The position numbers and the translations under genes were made by a program. Below, piece by piece: positions 15,849 to 24,764 of a stretch of 64,000 bases of DNA (positions are counted from its first letter, which is position 1; each line of letters opens with the position of its first letter). The stretch lies in NCBI GenBank assembly GCA_041651355.1, contig JBAZJK010000001.1, positions 101,883-165,882 of the forward strand. The letters run 5' to 3'. This DNA is from Patescibacteria group bacterium (GTDB lineage: Bacteria; Patescibacteriota; Patescibacteriia; Patescibacteriales; UBA12465). Below the pieces are notes generated by a model. That model was not told the DNA's origin and searched no databases. It saw only the letters and a list, made by a program, of their open reading frames with translations.

Positions 15849-16925
15849 ATGGATAAGAAAAAACAAAAAACATTAAAAGGTGTCTCGCTTTTTTCTAGCG
15901 CTGGAATAGGTGAGGCTTTTTTTGATAAAATTGGTATCAAAATTGTTGTGGCAAATGAACTCATTGCCGAAAGGGCAAAATTGTATTCGAGTTTGTACAA
16001 AGACTCAAATATGATTATTGGCGATATTACTGATAAAAAAATTTTTAATAAAATTGTTAAGGAATCTGGTAAAATAGACTTTTTAATAGCAACTCCTCCT
16101 TGTCAGGGTGTTAGTATTGCTGGCAAAAACCGAACCATGAAGCAAATGTTAAATGATGAACGAAATCATTTAATTTTTAAAACTATTGATTTAATAAATA
16201 TTAAAAAACCAAAATTTGTTCTTATAGAAAATGTGCCAAACTTTTTGAAACTCAAATTGCCTTATGAAGGAAAATTATGCACACTTTTGGAAATTCTTTC
16301 TGCCCTTTATGGATCAGAATATAAAATTGAGGCAAAAGTTTTAGATGCATCAGAATTTGGAGTTCCTCAAAAAAGAAATAGGGCTTTAATTAAAATGTAT
16401 AAAAAGGGGCTGATATGGAAATGGCCGGCTAAATCAAAAGTAGTGTCCGTTAAAGACGCTATAGCTTTTTTACCTAGTCTTAATCCTGGACAAAAATCTG
16501 ACATACCTTGGCATTTTGCGAGAAGGCACTCGCCTCAACATATTTTATGCATGAAAAATACTCCGACCGGTTGTTCTGCTTTTCAGAATAAAATTCATTT
16601 CCCTAAAAAAAGTAGCGGGGAGCGAGTTAAAGGCTATATGACAACTTATAGACGTATAAAATGGAATGAGCCGGCACCAACGATTACAATGAGAAATGAC
16701 GCCATTAGTTCCCAATTAAACGTCCATCCTGGAAGAAAATTAAAAGACGGTACCTATTCAGACCCTCGTGTTCTTACTCCCTTAGAGCTAATGCTTTTAA
16801 GCTCTTTTCCGGTAAAAGATAAAAAAATTCCAGAAAATACCCCAGAAATATTAATTAGAAAATGTATTGGAGAAGGTGTTCCGCCGCTATTACTAAAAAA
16901 AGTGTTATTAGGAATTGAAATATGA
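15849..16925 (+). CDS. DNA (cytosine-5)-methyltransferase
   Basis: Motif I LFSSAGIGE, motif IV PPCQGVS, motif VI LIENVPNF, motif VIII QKRNR and motif X GEGVPP. Confidence 0.9.
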   Translation: MDKKKQKTLKGVSLFSSAGIGEAFFDKIGIKIVVANELIAERAKLYSSLYKDSNMIIGDITDKKIFNKIVKESGKIDFLIATPPCQGVSIAGKNRTMKQMLNDERNHLIFKTIDLINIKKPKFVLIENVPNFLKLKLPYEGKLCTLLEILSALYGSEYKIEAKVLDASEFGVPQKRNRALIKMYKKGLIWKWPAKSKVVSVKDAIAFLPSLNPGQKSDIPWHFARRHSPQHILCMKNTPTGCSAFQNKIHFPKKSSGERVKGYMTTYRRIKWNEPAPTITMRNDAISSQLNVHPGRKLKDGTYSDPRVLTPLELMLLSSFPVKDKKIPENTPEILIRKCIGEGVPPLLLKKVLLGIEI

Positions 16926-18370
16926 CACTAAGAATTGATAGACCAAAATGGATATTGTATAGACACATCAACGATTTTAAATTGCTGTATACTGTTGCTG
17001 AATTTTTGAAATCTTTTTCAAAAAATGCAATCAGTAAAGAAGAAAAGGCTCGCCTTAATTTAAAATTAAAGGAAGTAAATCTTTACAACGAGAGGAATCA
17101 TAATATGCCGTTGGATGCGATTAATCATAAAATTAATCAGCTGTCATATTATATGTTTGGTTATCAGGCCGATATTGACGGTGAAGATAGATTTTTGTTT
17201 AGTCCCTTGGGGAATCTTTTTTTAAGACATGTAGACGACCCGTTGAAAATAAAAAAAATTTTTTTGGCCATGCTTTGGGCCGTACAATTTCCACATCCGC
17301 ACAGTGGCACCCACTCTTCTTTTCAGTTATATCCCTTTAGACTACTATTTAAGCTATTAACAGATGAAAGGTTGGGAAAGAAGTTGTATGCTTTTGAAGT
17401 TGCTTTTTTACTGGTTTTTGTAAAAGAAATAGATAAAAAATCATACGAAAGTTTAGTAAATGAAATATTAGAACTGCGAACGCTAAGTGATGAAGAAATA
17501 GCTGAAAAGTTTCAGAATGATCGGCATGCCTATGTAAATTCTGCTTATGAATGGGACTATTACGTTAGTGCTTTATTTAATTCAGCCGGAGTAATTGATA
17601 AAAAGAAAGGAGAGGTTATTTGTAAATTACAGCATGGCGGTACTAAAACTTTTCGAAAAGTGACTAGGAATGAGGTAAATATATCAAGCGATGTTTATGA
17701 ATTGGTCATAAACTTAGAAAAAAAGGATTCATTTTTAGAAAAACCTTTAAGTCTGAATGACCCCGAACGCCTTAAAATTGATGTAGTTAAAGAAATTTAT
17801 AGTTATTATCCAACGGCATTATTAATAGCAATTGGTGAAAAAGAGGATGAATTAAAATTAAAATTACTTGACTTGCCAAGATTAATCGACCAGTACGCTG
17901 AAAACGGAGAGAAGGGAGAAGCTTATCTATTCGAAGATGTTTTAACAGATGGCTTTAACATGTTTTACAATGTTGAGGCGAAAAAGATTGGAGGAGCTGG
18001 AAATACTGATTTAGAATGTTTATATTTAAGCAAAAAGAAAAAATTTGCCGTTGACGCAAAATCAACTAAAAACAAATTGTCTGGAATTAACTCCGGACGT
18101 CTCGCTGGCCACAGGGAAAAAATAGGTGGTGAATATACTATCGTCATCACTCCTAGATATGTCCCCGCCGTCTTACAGGATATTCAATCTTGTCCGATAG
18201 TTATAATACGTGCTAACACTTTTTCAGAATTTTTGTATAACTGTATTGATAACAATGTAAGAGAAATAGACTACGAAGATTTTGATAATATCATTACTCA
18301 TAACTTAGGAAGAGATGTGAGTAGAGATATATCAAATTTAACTATTGAAAAATTTGCGACTAAAAGTTAA
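16922..18370 (+). CDS. putative type II restriction endonuclease, family not recognised
   Basis: 482 aa, ATGA-coupled to the upstream MTase and sandwiched between two MTases. The C-terminus has a PD-(D/E)xK-like element (GNTDLECLYL...FAVDAKSTK). Confidence 0.55.
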   Translation: MTLRIDRPKWILYRHINDFKLLYTVAEFLKSFSKNAISKEEKARLNLKLKEVNLYNERNHNMPLDAINHKINQLSYYMFGYQADIDGEDRFLFSPLGNLFLRHVDDPLKIKKIFLAMLWAVQFPHPHSGTHSSFQLYPFRLLFKLLTDERLGKKLYAFEVAFLLVFVKEIDKKSYESLVNEILELRTLSDEEIAEKFQNDRHAYVNSAYEWDYYVSALFNSAGVIDKKKGEVICKLQHGGTKTFRKVTRNEVNISSDVYELVINLEKKDSFLEKPLSLNDPERLKIDVVKEIYSYYPTALLIAIGEKEDELKLKLLDLPRLIDQYAENGEKGEAYLFEDVLTDGFNMFYNVEAKKIGGAGNTDLECLYLSKKKKFAVDAKSTKNKLSGINSGRLAGHREKIGGEYTIVITPRYVPAVLQDIQSCPIVIIRANTFSEFLYNCIDNNVREIDYEDFDNIITHNLGRDVSRDISNLTIEKFATKS

Positions 18371-18376
18371 CCGATT

Positions 18377-19039
18377 ATGATTATATTGAGCAACGAGGAT
18401 AACATGAAACTAATGTCTAGATATGAAGATAATCATTTTGATTTGGCTATTGTTGATCCGCCATATGGAATATTAAACAAAACAAAAAGAGGCGGAGACA
18501 ATAAATTCAATATGGCCGAGTATAGTAAGTGGGATGTGAAACCTAATGATAAATATTTTAACGAACTTTTTAGAGTGTCAAAAAATCAGATTATTTGGGG
18601 CGGCAATTATTTTGGTCAAATTTGGACAAGATGTAAATATAATAGGTGCTTTATAATTTGGGATAAAAATCAGCCTGAAAGCTTAAATAATTTTTCAATG
18701 GCTGAAATGGCTTGGACATCATTAGACCTTCCGTCTAAAATATTTCGTTATAGTGTTCGAAAAAATAGAAACAAGATTCACCCGACTCAAAAGCCTATTG
18801 AGTTATATGAATGGATTTTAAAGCTGTTTGCTAAAAAAGGAGATAAAATTTTAGACACGCATCTAGGCAGTGGGACCATTGCCGTGGCGTGCGATAAAAT
18901 GGGGTTTGACCTCACTGCTTGTGAGATAAGTAAGAGTTATTTTGAAAAAGCTATCAATAATATTAAAGAGCATAACCCTAATATAAAAATTGAAAAAATC
19001 AAGAAGATAGATTCAAACATCACCATAATGAGCAGGTAA
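18377..19039 (+). CDS. beta-class N6-adenine/N4-cytosine DNA methyltransferase
   Basis: Motif IV IVDPPYG sits near the N-terminus and the AdoMet motif DTHLGSGT near the C-terminus, which is the beta-class order. 220 aa. Confidence 0.85.
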   Translation: MIILSNEDNMKLMSRYEDNHFDLAIVDPPYGILNKTKRGGDNKFNMAEYSKWDVKPNDKYFNELFRVSKNQIIWGGNYFGQIWTRCKYNRCFIIWDKNQPESLNNFSMAEMAWTSLDLPSKIFRYSVRKNRNKIHPTQKPIELYEWILKLFAKKGDKILDTHLGSGTIAVACDKMGFDLTACEISKSYFEKAINNIKEHNPNIKIEKIKKIDSNITIMSR

Positions 19040-19088
19040 TTCTATTTGGCGTGAATTATTAAAATAATGAATTAATAAGCATCAAAGA

Positions 19089-20138
19089 ATGAAGATTATA
19101 AAAAAAGCCGAAAACGGGGTAGAATATTTATTCGGTTTATTAAAACAAAAATCCCAGACCATCACAAGAGCGGTGTTATGGAAAATTCCACATAAATCGG
19201 ATGTCAATGATTTGCGATTAAAGATTGGTAGATATAAAAAAATTGGTTTTGAGCCGGAAACTCTAGAATGTAGCTCGCCGAAAAGCGAGCTTACTTTAGA
19301 CAATGAAGAATTCAAAGAACTCCTTGTTTTTTTATCTGAAAATTATCAGCCTTTCTGCGATGGTGCTAAAAAATATATACCAATTGAAAATGGTTTTGAC
19401 CCAAAAGATTTAGAACATATTAAAGCTATATTTAAAAACCCCGATAAAGAAAAACTTCTCAATTTTATCGCAGAAAATAATATATTGCCTGAAGATTTAA
19501 TACATGGTTTACAACATCAGACAAGAAAAAAAGCCATCGCAGAATTTGAAAAAATGTTAAGTGATGATTTGAGTGAAAAAGTGTGGCAAGATTGGTTTAA
19601 AGATAATAGCTGGGTTTTGGGGACTGATTTTGTTAAAATTTTAGATGAGCGGCATATTGACACGAGTAATATCTCAGATTATTTAATGCAAGCCTATGAT
19701 GGCTTTTTGGATATTATAGAAATAAAAAAGCCTGAAACAAATCTAAAATTTTGGTCTACTTCAAAAGACCATGATAATTATATTCCGTCATCTGACCTCA
19801 CCAAAGCTATTACTCAAGCGACTAAATATATATACGAGGTAGAGCGAGAATCTAATAGCCTAAAATTTACTGAAAGAGTAGGAATAAAGACGATTAAACC
19901 GAGATGTGTTTTAATTTTTGGTAGGTCTAGTGATTGGGATAATGAACAAAAGGAGGCGTATAGGATTTTAAACTCTAATTATCATAATTTAACGATTTTG
20001 ACTTATGACCATGTTTTAGACAGGGCAAAAAGAATATTAGATTATAAACCGGATGCGCCTGAGAATCCTCAAATTATTGGGGAATTACCAGAAGAATTAT
20101 TTGAAGAGGAAGTAGATGCAAGAAATATTCCATTTTAA
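19089..20138 (+). CDS. Shedu-like (SduA/DUF4263-type) PD-(D/E)xK nuclease candidate
   Basis: EKVWQDWFKDNSWVLGTDF, then DGFLDIIEIKKP (D..E.K core), then CVLIFGRS and LTILTYDHVL. This matches the remembered DUF4263 layout. 349 aa. Confidence 0.55.
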   Translation: MKIIKKAENGVEYLFGLLKQKSQTITRAVLWKIPHKSDVNDLRLKIGRYKKIGFEPETLECSSPKSELTLDNEEFKELLVFLSENYQPFCDGAKKYIPIENGFDPKDLEHIKAIFKNPDKEKLLNFIAENNILPEDLIHGLQHQTRKKAIAEFEKMLSDDLSEKVWQDWFKDNSWVLGTDFVKILDERHIDTSNISDYLMQAYDGFLDIIEIKKPETNLKFWSTSKDHDNYIPSSDLTKAITQATKYIYEVERESNSLKFTERVGIKTIKPRCVLIFGRSSDWDNEQKEAYRILNSNYHNLTILTYDHVLDRAKRILDYKPDAPENPQIIGELPEELFEEEVDARNIPF

Positions 20139-20140
20139 AT

Positions 20141-20611
20141 ATGAATGACATCCTATTTTCTAAAAATTTGATTAAAGGAAAAATTGCTCAGATTATTTTT
20201 GAACAAATGTTTCGAGAGCAAGGGGAATATACCGTTATTCCATTCGGTTATGAAAATATCCTTCCCGAAATATTTCCACAGCGCAATAATTTTGAAGGAG
20301 CGCAAAGAGCAATCGATAATATCAGGCATGCACCGGACTATACTTTAATCTCGGCAAAAAAGGAAAAGGTCTATTTAGTGGAGGTTAAATACAGAAAAGA
20401 GTTAAATATCGATGAAATAAAGACTATCGCCGCCAAGCAAATTCAAAGATGGAATCCATCATGTATTTTTGTAGCAACTCAAAATGGCTTTTATTTCGAT
20501 TTATGCTCCTCTATTCTGAAAAAGGACACAATTCAAAAATTATCAGATAAAATGATCTCTAAGGAAATACAAGATAAATACAAAATTTTATTGTGTGAAT
20601 TTGAGCGCTAG
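20141..20611 (+). CDS. small PD-(D/E)xK-like protein, hypothetical
   Basis: 156 aa containing FGYE...PDYTLIS...VYLVEVKYRK, a D-x(n)-E-x-K pattern. Its start lies 3 nt after the Shedu-like stop. Confidence 0.4.
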   Translation: MNDILFSKNLIKGKIAQIIFEQMFREQGEYTVIPFGYENILPEIFPQRNNFEGAQRAIDNIRHAPDYTLISAKKEKVYLVEVKYRKELNIDEIKTIAAKQIQRWNPSCIFVATQNGFYFDLCSSILKKDTIQKLSDKMISKEIQDKYKILLCEFER

Positions 20612-20639
20612 TTAATATTAGCCATTTTATTACAAAAAA

Positions 20640-20667
20640 GTTCGAATAGCGTCCCTAACACCCCGCA
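20640..20667 (+). repeat. degenerate tRNA-Ser(GCT) 3'-end-like repeat (copy A)
   Basis: gttcgaa+tagcg+tccctaacaccccgca compared with the tRNA 3' end gttcgaa+tccctccctctccgca. It has a 5-nt insertion, and 12 of the last 16 nt are identical. Confidence 0.45.
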
Positions 20668-20765
20668 AAAATACAAACTTTGGAACGGATTGAGCCTTAT
20701 AAACATTAAAGAAAATTATAAAAATAAAAACATTCTTTCTCAATCCTGGGACTAGCAAAAAATCT

Positions 20766-21434
20766 ATGATTAACCAAAGTTACGGTTTTGAAAAACCTAA
20801 TAAGATAGAGGTTGAAAAAGAACCGGCAATTAAACTCATTGGTTCCAGTCAGGCGCCAGAAAAATATAAAAAGAATCCTTTTTATAATAGTTATCATTGG
20901 GGTATGGCTGACTGGGAAGATAAAGAGTTGTACCTACCTGATAATTCCGACGAGGCGATATCTTTTTCTATTGCCTCGCATGAATTAGGCCATTTGGTAA
21001 ATAAAGGCAGAATACAGCCAGACCGAGAAAATTTTCAGAGTACTTATCAAGAAGAACTAAGAGCCTGGGGGATCGGATGGAGTTATCTAAAACAGCATCT
21101 CACTGACTATTATAATGATCCTAAATCCATTGAAGATTTAAAGGGTATTGAAGAAAAAGTTAAGGACAAAATGATGGATATTACCCTTTTGACTGAACCA
21201 TTCTATAAAAATCCAGAAAAAAAGGGCGTTGAGCAGCAAAGAGACTCTTTTTTACAAACTGAGCAAGGTAAACATATTAAAGCAGAAATTGATAGTCTGA
21301 AAGGATTTATTGAAGAAACGCTTGCTAGTTTAGGTAAAGAATCATTTTTGAAGAAAACCGATTGGAGCCGTTTCTCTAATGTTATTAAAAAAGTCTTAAT
21401 TGATATAGAAAAAGATAATCAGGCTAATGATTAG
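20766..21434 (+). CDS. HExxH zinc-metallopeptidase-like protein
   Basis: 222 aa with the motif SIASHELGHLV. It lies between repeat copies A and B. Confidence 0.5.
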   Translation: MINQSYGFEKPNKIEVEKEPAIKLIGSSQAPEKYKKNPFYNSYHWGMADWEDKELYLPDNSDEAISFSIASHELGHLVNKGRIQPDRENFQSTYQEELRAWGIGWSYLKQHLTDYYNDPKSIEDLKGIEEKVKDKMMDITLLTEPFYKNPEKKGVEQQRDSFLQTEQGKHIKAEIDSLKGFIEETLASLGKESFLKKTDWSRFSNVIKKVLIDIEKDNQAND

Positions 21435-21457
21435 TAAGGACTGTTTTTAATAAAACC

Positions 21458-21486
21458 GTTCCAACTGCGTCCCACCCCCTCCGCGT
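21458..21486 (+). repeat. degenerate tRNA-Ser(TGA) 3'-end-like repeat (copy B)
   Basis: gttccaa+ctgcg+tcccaccccctccgcgt compared with the tRNA-Ser(TGA) 3' end gttcgaa+tcccaccctctccgcgt. 16 of the last 17 nt are identical, and the 5-nt insertion sits in the same position as in copy A. Confidence 0.55.
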
Positions 21487-21594
21487 CCAAAGAAAAATAA
21501 GGCAGAAGCCTTGTTTTTTATTACCAAAGAAAATGTTTTTTATTTTCGTATTAAAATATATAAGCATTTAGGGCTTATTTTAAATAAATAAAAT

Positions 21595-22176
21595 ATGAAA
21601 AAGGTCTTTTTTGTTTCCTTGCTTTTATTAGCGTTTGCTTTTTTAACTTCGGCTTGTAGCCGACCAGCCACATTAAACTCTCCAGTCAGTCAAAATAATA
21701 AGCAATCAGACCCGCGTCGTCCAGATTTTGGCCAACCAGAAAGAGAGCCTGATATTCGGGGTTTAGTCAAATCAATCAGTGGCAATGAGGTTACGATTTT
21801 AAAAGTTGATTTACGTGGCGGTTTCAGGCCAGGCACTTCTACCTCAGACAGATCAACATCTTCTCCATCAGCTTCACTTGTTCCGTCCAGCCAGGAGCCA
21901 CGGGGAGGATTTGAGTTTAGGAATAACCGTAACCAAAGCAATGGTAACCAGAGGACAGACATGTTAGCTAAAATGAAAGAAATGAGCACAGGCGAGGAAA
22001 AGATAACTATTCCGGTGGGTATCAGGATGTTAAAGCCAGAGTCTGGTTCAATTGGTAAAGAGAGGAAGATGGTGGAGGCGTCTTTAAGCGATATTAGTGC
22101 TGATAAGGTAATCACTGTATGGTTTAACGAAGGTTTTAGCGACAGTAAAATCGCCGAGTTCGTTTTAATTAATTAA
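21595..22176 (+). CDS. lipoprotein, hypothetical
   Basis: Lipobox-like signal LLAFAFLTSAC, followed by a low-complexity Ser/Pro/Arg region. 193 aa. Confidence 0.6.
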   Translation: MKKVFFVSLLLLAFAFLTSACSRPATLNSPVSQNNKQSDPRRPDFGQPEREPDIRGLVKSISGNEVTILKVDLRGGFRPGTSTSDRSTSSPSASLVPSSQEPRGGFEFRNNRNQSNGNQRTDMLAKMKEMSTGEEKITIPVGIRMLKPESGSIGKERKMVEASLSDISADKVITVWFNEGFSDSKIAEFVLIN

Positions 22177-22180
22177 ATTT

Positions 22181-24043
22181 ATGACTTCATCAATTTTAGA
22201 AGAAAGTCAAAAAGCCAAGCGGAGTGGCTGGAAGAAAATAATCAGTAATAGATTTTTTATTAGCGGCTTATTATTACTTGTAGTCGGTCTATCCTCATAT
22301 TTTTATTATTCTAGCCAACGCCAGGCAAACAGTATGGTAGCTAGCCAGCAGCGAGCCGTTGTTAAACGTGAGGATTTAAAGATAGCGATTGAAGCCAGTG
22401 GTAAAGTGGTGGCTCGTGATGGCGTGGAATTATCTTTTCCGGTAAGTGGCAACCTGGAAGTAAGCGAGGTTTATGTCAAAGAGGGAGATAAGGTGAAAAA
22501 GGGCGATAAAATCGCCTCAGTTAAGACTGAAAGTCTAGAATTCGAATTACGCAACGCTTATGCCAGTTATCAATCAGCCCTAGCAAATTTTAATTCCAAG
22601 AAAGCCGCTCCTACTCAGAGCGAGGTTGATAAAGCTAAGGCCGCTATTGACCAAGCTAAGATATCTTTGGACCAGGCAAAAATTAGTTTGGAGAAAACAA
22701 GGTCAAGTGTTAACCAACAGATTGCCAACGCAGAGATGGGTTTAGAAACAGCTAGTAATAATCTTAAAATTTTTCAAGATACTGGTGATAGCGAAATTAT
22801 TCGTGACGCTTATACCAGTTTACTCTCGACTATCAAAGCTGTTAATCTAACAGCTCACCGTGTTCTTAATGATTCTGACGCGGTTTTAGGTATTGATAAT
22901 ACAGCCATCAATGATAGCTTTGAATCGGTCTTAGGGGCTAAAAATACTTCTTCTTTAAGTAGTGCTCGCAGCAGTTACCAGCGAGCGAAATCTTTACAGC
23001 TATCACTTGATAATTCAGTGGCTAGCTTGATTAACTCTAATTATAGCGCCTTGGACGCCGCGGCCGCCAAGGCCGAAGAAGCCCTGGTTGCCCTGCAGAA
23101 TCATCTTTTTGATATGCAAAACTTGTTAGATGCGACTATTACTTTTGTGGATTTTTCCCAATCAGAATTAGATGGGTTCAAGGCGACCCTCAGTTCTAAT
23201 CGTTCCAGCATTAACTCTTCTATTACTAACTTAAGCACCGCGCAGCAAGCTGTTCGTAATGCTAAGAGCAACCTTAATGCTTATCAGATCGCTTATAATA
23301 AAGCTCTTAATGATTTAAGTACTACCAAGAGCCAGGGAGAAAACGATCTGAGCACCGCCAACGCTTCAGTTAATTCCCGACAGATATCTTTAAAGCAGGC
23401 CCAGATTGATTATAACGACCTGATAGCGCCAGTCTCAGAAACTGACTTAGCTTCAGCTCGTGCTCAATTAGCTTCGGCCGCTATCAGTGTTGACCGAGCC
23501 AAATATAATATGGAACAGGCGACCATGATTTCTCCGATCGACGGTGTCGTTTCCATGTTAAATTATAAGCAGGGCGATACTATCTTAAGTGATGGCGCTA
23601 AGTCGATGGCAACTATAATCAATAACGATACTTTATTTATTGAAGCTAACATCGAAGAATCAGATATTAGCAAGTTGCAGGTCGGTCAGAAAGCAATAGT
23701 TACTTTTGAGGCTGTCGATGGTCTGGAATTGGTCGGCGAATTGAGCTTTATTTCTCTGACCTCGGAAACCAATTCTAATGGTATAGTCACTTATTTAGTT
23801 CGTGTATTACTCAGCCAACCCGGAGAGAAGATTAGGGAGGGGATGACAGCGGCGGTTGAATTTATTACCGCTGGCAAAGAAAACGTGTTAACTATACCAG
23901 TTTCCGCCGTCAGAAATATCAGTGGCCAGCCTTCAGTCGAAACTGCTGACGGCAGGGTTGTTAACGTCACCACCGGTTTTACCGATGGCAAAAAGGTTGA
24001 GATTACGAGTGGGTTGGAAGAGGGTGTAGCTATTGTCTATTAA
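22181..24043 (+). CDS. HlyD/MacA-family efflux adaptor (membrane fusion protein) with very long coiled-coil
   Basis: N-terminal TM helix and a biotinyl-lipoyl-like segment (VKEGDKVKKGDKIA), then about 300 aa of coiled-coil and a beta-barrel C-terminus. It sits upstream of MacB-type ABC genes. Confidence 0.8.
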   Translation: MTSSILEESQKAKRSGWKKIISNRFFISGLLLLVVGLSSYFYYSSQRQANSMVASQQRAVVKREDLKIAIEASGKVVARDGVELSFPVSGNLEVSEVYVKEGDKVKKGDKIASVKTESLEFELRNAYASYQSALANFNSKKAAPTQSEVDKAKAAIDQAKISLDQAKISLEKTRSSVNQQIANAEMGLETASNNLKIFQDTGDSEIIRDAYTSLLSTIKAVNLTAHRVLNDSDAVLGIDNTAINDSFESVLGAKNTSSLSSARSSYQRAKSLQLSLDNSVASLINSNYSALDAAAAKAEEALVALQNHLFDMQNLLDATITFVDFSQSELDGFKATLSSNRSSINSSITNLSTAQQAVRNAKSNLNAYQIAYNKALNDLSTTKSQGENDLSTANASVNSRQISLKQAQIDYNDLIAPVSETDLASARAQLASAAISVDRAKYNMEQATMISPIDGVVSMLNYKQGDTILSDGAKSMATIINNDTLFIEANIEESDISKLQVGQKAIVTFEAVDGLELVGELSFISLTSETNSNGIVTYLVRVLLSQPGEKIREGMTAAVEFITAGKENVLTIPVSAVRNISGQPSVETADGRVVNVTTGFTDGKKVEITSGLEEGVAIVY

Positions 24044-24052
24044 TAATTATGT

Positions 24053-24763
24053 ATGAGGGATAATTTAGCAATAAAATTAGAGTCAGCCTATAAGTCTTAT
24101 TATTTATCTAATGGAGAAGAGGTCCCAGTACTTAAAGGTATAAATTTAGAAGTAGAAAGGGGCGAATTCGTTGTTATTATGGGCGAATCGGGTTGCGGGA
24201 AGACCACCCTGCTTAATATTATTGGCTGTCTTCATCCTCTGACCCGCGGTCGTTATTTTTTAAATGGAGAAGATATTGGTGCCGTGAAAGACGATTTTAC
24301 TTTAGCTTTTATCCGTAACAGAAGAATGGGTTTTGTTTTCCAACAATTCAATCTTTTTAGTCGTTTTTCTGCTATTAAAAATGTCGCTTTACCAGCTTTA
24401 TATGCTGGTCAGCCAGCTGATAAGAGAATTAATAAGGCACGCCAGCTCCTGCAGTCAGTCGGGATGGGTAAAAAGTTGGGTTATAAGCCCACTGAATTAT
24501 CCGGGGGGCAGCAGCAACGAATTGCAATCTGCCGCGCTTTAGTCAATGATCCAGAAATAATCTTAGCGGACGAACCTACCGGGGCCCTGGATTCTAAATC
24601 GGGCTTAGAAGTAATGGATATTTTTAGAGACCTTAAAAGGCAAGGTCGCACGTTGGTCATGGTTACGCATACCTCCGCTGTAGCCAGATACGCCGATCGA
24701 ATAATATATTTGCGTGATGGCCAAGTTCTCAGCGCTGATTATACATTAAAAGGAGATTATTAA
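24053..24763 (+). CDS. ABC transporter ATP-binding protein (MacB/LolD-type)
   Basis: Walker A GESGCGKTT, signature LSGGQQQR and Walker B IILADEPT. Confidence 0.9.
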   Translation: MRDNLAIKLESAYKSYYLSNGEEVPVLKGINLEVERGEFVVIMGESGCGKTTLLNIIGCLHPLTRGRYFLNGEDIGAVKDDFTLAFIRNRRMGFVFQQFNLFSRFSAIKNVALPALYAGQPADKRINKARQLLQSVGMGKKLGYKPTELSGGQQQRIAICRALVNDPEIILADEPTGALDSKSGLEVMDIFRDLKRQGRTLVMVTHTSAVARYADRIIYLRDGQVLSADYTLKGDY

Positions 24764-24764
24764 T

